From: Lama glama
Lineage: Eukaryota
Direction: 5' to 3'
Assembly (NCBI GenBank): GCA_028534125.1
Contig: CM052816.1
Coordinates: forward strand, 15,316,001 to 15,380,000
DNA length: 64,000 bases
Each line of letters starts with the position of its first letter. Positions within the stretch are counted from its first letter, which is position 1. Shown here piece by piece: positions 60,985 through 64,000 of the stretch. The notes beneath the pieces are model-generated. The model was not told where the DNA came from, did not search any database, and worked only from the letters and a program-made list of their open reading frames with translations. Made by a program: the position numbers and the translations under genes.

Positions 60985-63065
60985 TACCTTCTATTAGAAT
61001 GGCTAAAATCCAAAGAACTGACAATACCAATTGCTGGTGAGGATACAAAGCAACAGGAACTTTCATTCATTACTGGTGAGAATGCAAAATGGCATAGCCA
61101 TTTTGGAAGAGAGTTTGGAAAGTTCTTACAAAGCTAAATATAGTCTTACCATACGATCCATAATTGCACTCCTAAATATTTACCCACCTTTATGAAAACT
61201 TATACCCACATAAAATCCTGCATGGGAATGTTCATAGCAGCTTTCTTCATAATCACCCAAACCTGAAAGCAACCACAATTTCCTTCAATAATGAAATGGA
61301 TAATCAAACTGTGGTACAGCCATACAATGGAACACTATTCATTAATAAAAACGAATGAGCTGTCAAACCATGCAAACACAAAGATGAACTTTGAGTGCAT
61401 ATTGCTAACTGAAAGGAGCCAGTTTAAAAAGGCCGCATACTGTATGATTCTATATATATGACATTCTGGAAAAGGCAAAACTATGGAGATAATAAACAGA
61501 TCACTGTGCCAGAAGTTGAGATGGGGGAAGAGTTGAACAGGTGAAGCACAGAGGATTTTTTTAGGGCAGCAAATTTTTGTATGATATTCTGTTCTGTATG
61601 ATACTGTAATAGTGGATACATGCTACTATGCCATTTGTCAAACCTAAATAACTTTACAAGTGACTTTAACGTATGAAAAAAAAGTTTTTAAATCATTTAG
61701 TAGGTCAGGGAATCCTAGAATGAAATGCAGACTATGACAAAAGAATCTAGTCATCACGAATGTATGAAACAACTTCACTGAAGGGAGTAGAGGAAAAATG
61801 TAACTTTGGAAATGAGTGTTGGCTCTAAGACTAAAGACAAAACGAATAGCACGTAAGCACTGTACTCTAGTTGGTCAAGTTCTTTCCCATGGAGATATGC
61901 AGTAACAATTCTGAAACCACTATGTATGTACTGGAACTGAATAATTGTATAAATGGATGGCAGATGATGGGAGCCTACTTTCTCACTATCGGAGTGAGAG
62001 ATTGCAGATAAGCAAGGGGAAGAGGCTAGACTGATCTGTGTGGTAATGGATTAGAGTTGGAGACATCAGTATGATCTCATATTTAGTTTAACATAGTTAT
62101 ATTTAATATAACAAGTGGATATATGTAAAAATACATATATATGTATAAACACATGTTAGTATACACACATATTTTTCCTTGCTCTGTCAGCTATAAATAA
62201 CACTCCAGTAGTAACATGCATGCCTTATAACCAGATCTTGGTTTTTAATATCATTCTTCAATAAAAGGAACCATAGCTTCTTAGAGAAATGGCTTGATTC
62301 TAGGAGCAAAATATACACACATACACAAAATAATGAGGGTATCTCAAAGAGATACAGGAGCTAACTGAAAAAGCTCCCAGTGGCCAAAGCTGGAAGAATT
62401 TGAGCAAATAAATAGTCTTAGATTATAACCCAAAGTATAAAATGAATATCCATGAGTCCATTTGCATATAAGTGATTGAATAAGTAAATTAATGGGGAGA
62501 AGAGATAAGTCTTCTGTGCAAAAGAATTTCAAAGTCATGTAGATATTCTGCCCTCAAGGAGGTGAAGCATAACTCCCTTCTCCCTAAGTGTAGGTTGTGC
62601 ATAATGACATCCTTCCAAAGAGTGCAGTGTGGAAAAGGGAGGAGGAAGAGTAACTTTATAGTGGAGAAACCTGACAAACACTACCTCAACCAGGTGATCA
62701 AGATTAACATCAGCAGTGATAAATCATGTTGATACTATGTATCCTTGATATGATGTGCAAGAAAACTCTGCGAACTGTCATAGTCAAGAAGAACCTAAGG
62801 AGACATGATGACTAAATGTACTGTTGTATCTTGAATGGGATCCTGGAACAGAAAAAGGACAAGAGGTAAACATGAAGGAAATCTGAATAAAGCTAATGAA
62901 TTGTAGCTAATAATAATGTATCAGTGTTGGCTCCTTAGTTGTGATAAATGTACCATACTAATATTAGATGGAGTAATAGAGGAAACAAGCAGACTATGTA
63001 GGAACTCTGTACTATCTTTGCAACTTTTTTTTAAGTCTAAAACTATTCTAAAATTCAAAGTTTTT
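60985..63065 (+). mobile_element. L1MC/MD-type long 3' region
   Basis: TTAGAATGGCTAAAAT...GGAACTCTGTACTATCTTTGCAACTTTT...TCTAAAACTATTCTAAAA. Confidence 0.85.
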
Positions 63066-63128
63066 ATTTTTAATTTAACTTTTCTATTTTTACATTCATA
63101 TATTTTAGTTTTATTTTTAGTAAAATTG

Positions 63129-63985
63129 TTTTTTTATTTTTCCAGTTTTATTGAAATATAATTGACATAACATTGTATTAGTTTAAGGTATACACCATAT
63201 GCAGCCATTATGGAAAACCAGATAGTATGGGGATTCCTCAAAAAACTAAAAATGGACTTACCATATGATCCAGCAATCCCACTCCTGGGCATATATCTGG
63301 AGGGACTCTGATTCGAAAAGATACCTGCACCCCAGTGTTCATAGCAGCACTATATACAATAGACAAGGCATGGAAGCAACCTAAATGTCCATCAACAGAT
63401 GACTGGATAAAGAAGTTGTAGTACAAACTTTTGGTCAATTAATCTTTGACAAAGGAGGCAAGAACATACAATGGAGTAAAGACAGTCTCTTAAGCAAATA
63501 GCGTTGGGAAAACTGCACAGCTGCATGTAAATCAATGAAGTTAGAATACTTCCTCACACCATACACAAAAATAAACTCAAAGTGGTGTAAAGACTTAAAC
63601 ATAAGACAAGACATTATAAACCTCTTAGAAGAAAACATAGGCAAAACATTTTCTGACACAAATCTAAGCAATGTTTTTCTAGGACAGTCTACCCAGGCAA
63701 TAGAAATAAAAGCAAAAATAAACAAATGGGACCTAATTAAACTTACAAGCTTTTGCACAGCAAAGGAAACCATAAGCAAAACAAAAGGACAACTTATGTC
63801 ATGGGAGAAAATATTTGCAAAAGATGAGACTGACAAGGGCTTAATTTCCAGACTATATAAACAGCTCATACAACTTAATAAGAAAAAAATAAACAACCCA
63901 ATCCAAAAATGGGCAGAAGACCTAAAAAAGCAATTCTCCTGTGAAGACATACAAGTGGCCAATAGGCACATGAAAAAATGCTCAA
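63129..63985. mobile_element. Young rearranged L1 (inverted tail plus two ORF2 segments)
   Basis: Well-preserved ORF2 C-terminal sequence ([29 protein letters not shown]). Confidence 0.88.
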
Positions 63986-64000
63986 GAAGAGGTAAAAGTG

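Noticed and set aside
63435..63971. 178-aa minus-strand ORF
   Set aside because: It is the antisense reading of L1 ORF2, a common artefact.
1..64000. CRISPR array, operon or other novel multi-gene system
   Set aside because: This is eukaryotic intron-rich DNA with no regularly spaced repeats. The remaining short ORFs fall in repeats or look like chance ORFs.

Overview
Mammalian genomic DNA, very probably camelid, judged from about 13 copies of a tRNA-derived SINE resembling Vic-1. The window holds the 5' part of ANKHD1 (MASK1; ankyrin repeat and KH domain protein 1) on the minus strand. This comprises a CpG-island promoter (about 53.9-55.9 kb) and coding exons 1-10, which splice through GT-AG junctions into one open frame of 1767 nt (589 aa). 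The gene continues past the window start. Introns and the upstream flank are filled with L1 fragments (the long ones antisense to the gene), SINEs, MIR/L2 remnants, MLT1 LTRs and DNA-transposon relics, plus a 100-N assembly gap. I see no convincing novel multi-gene system. The most interesting observations are a candidate L1 3' transduction, an 86-bp non-tandem duplication, a well-preserved ancient L1 carrying a candidate poison exon, weak or alternative exon 3 acceptors, and signs of divergent or antisense transcription at the promoter. Repeat family names come from recognition by eye and repeat boundaries are approximate.
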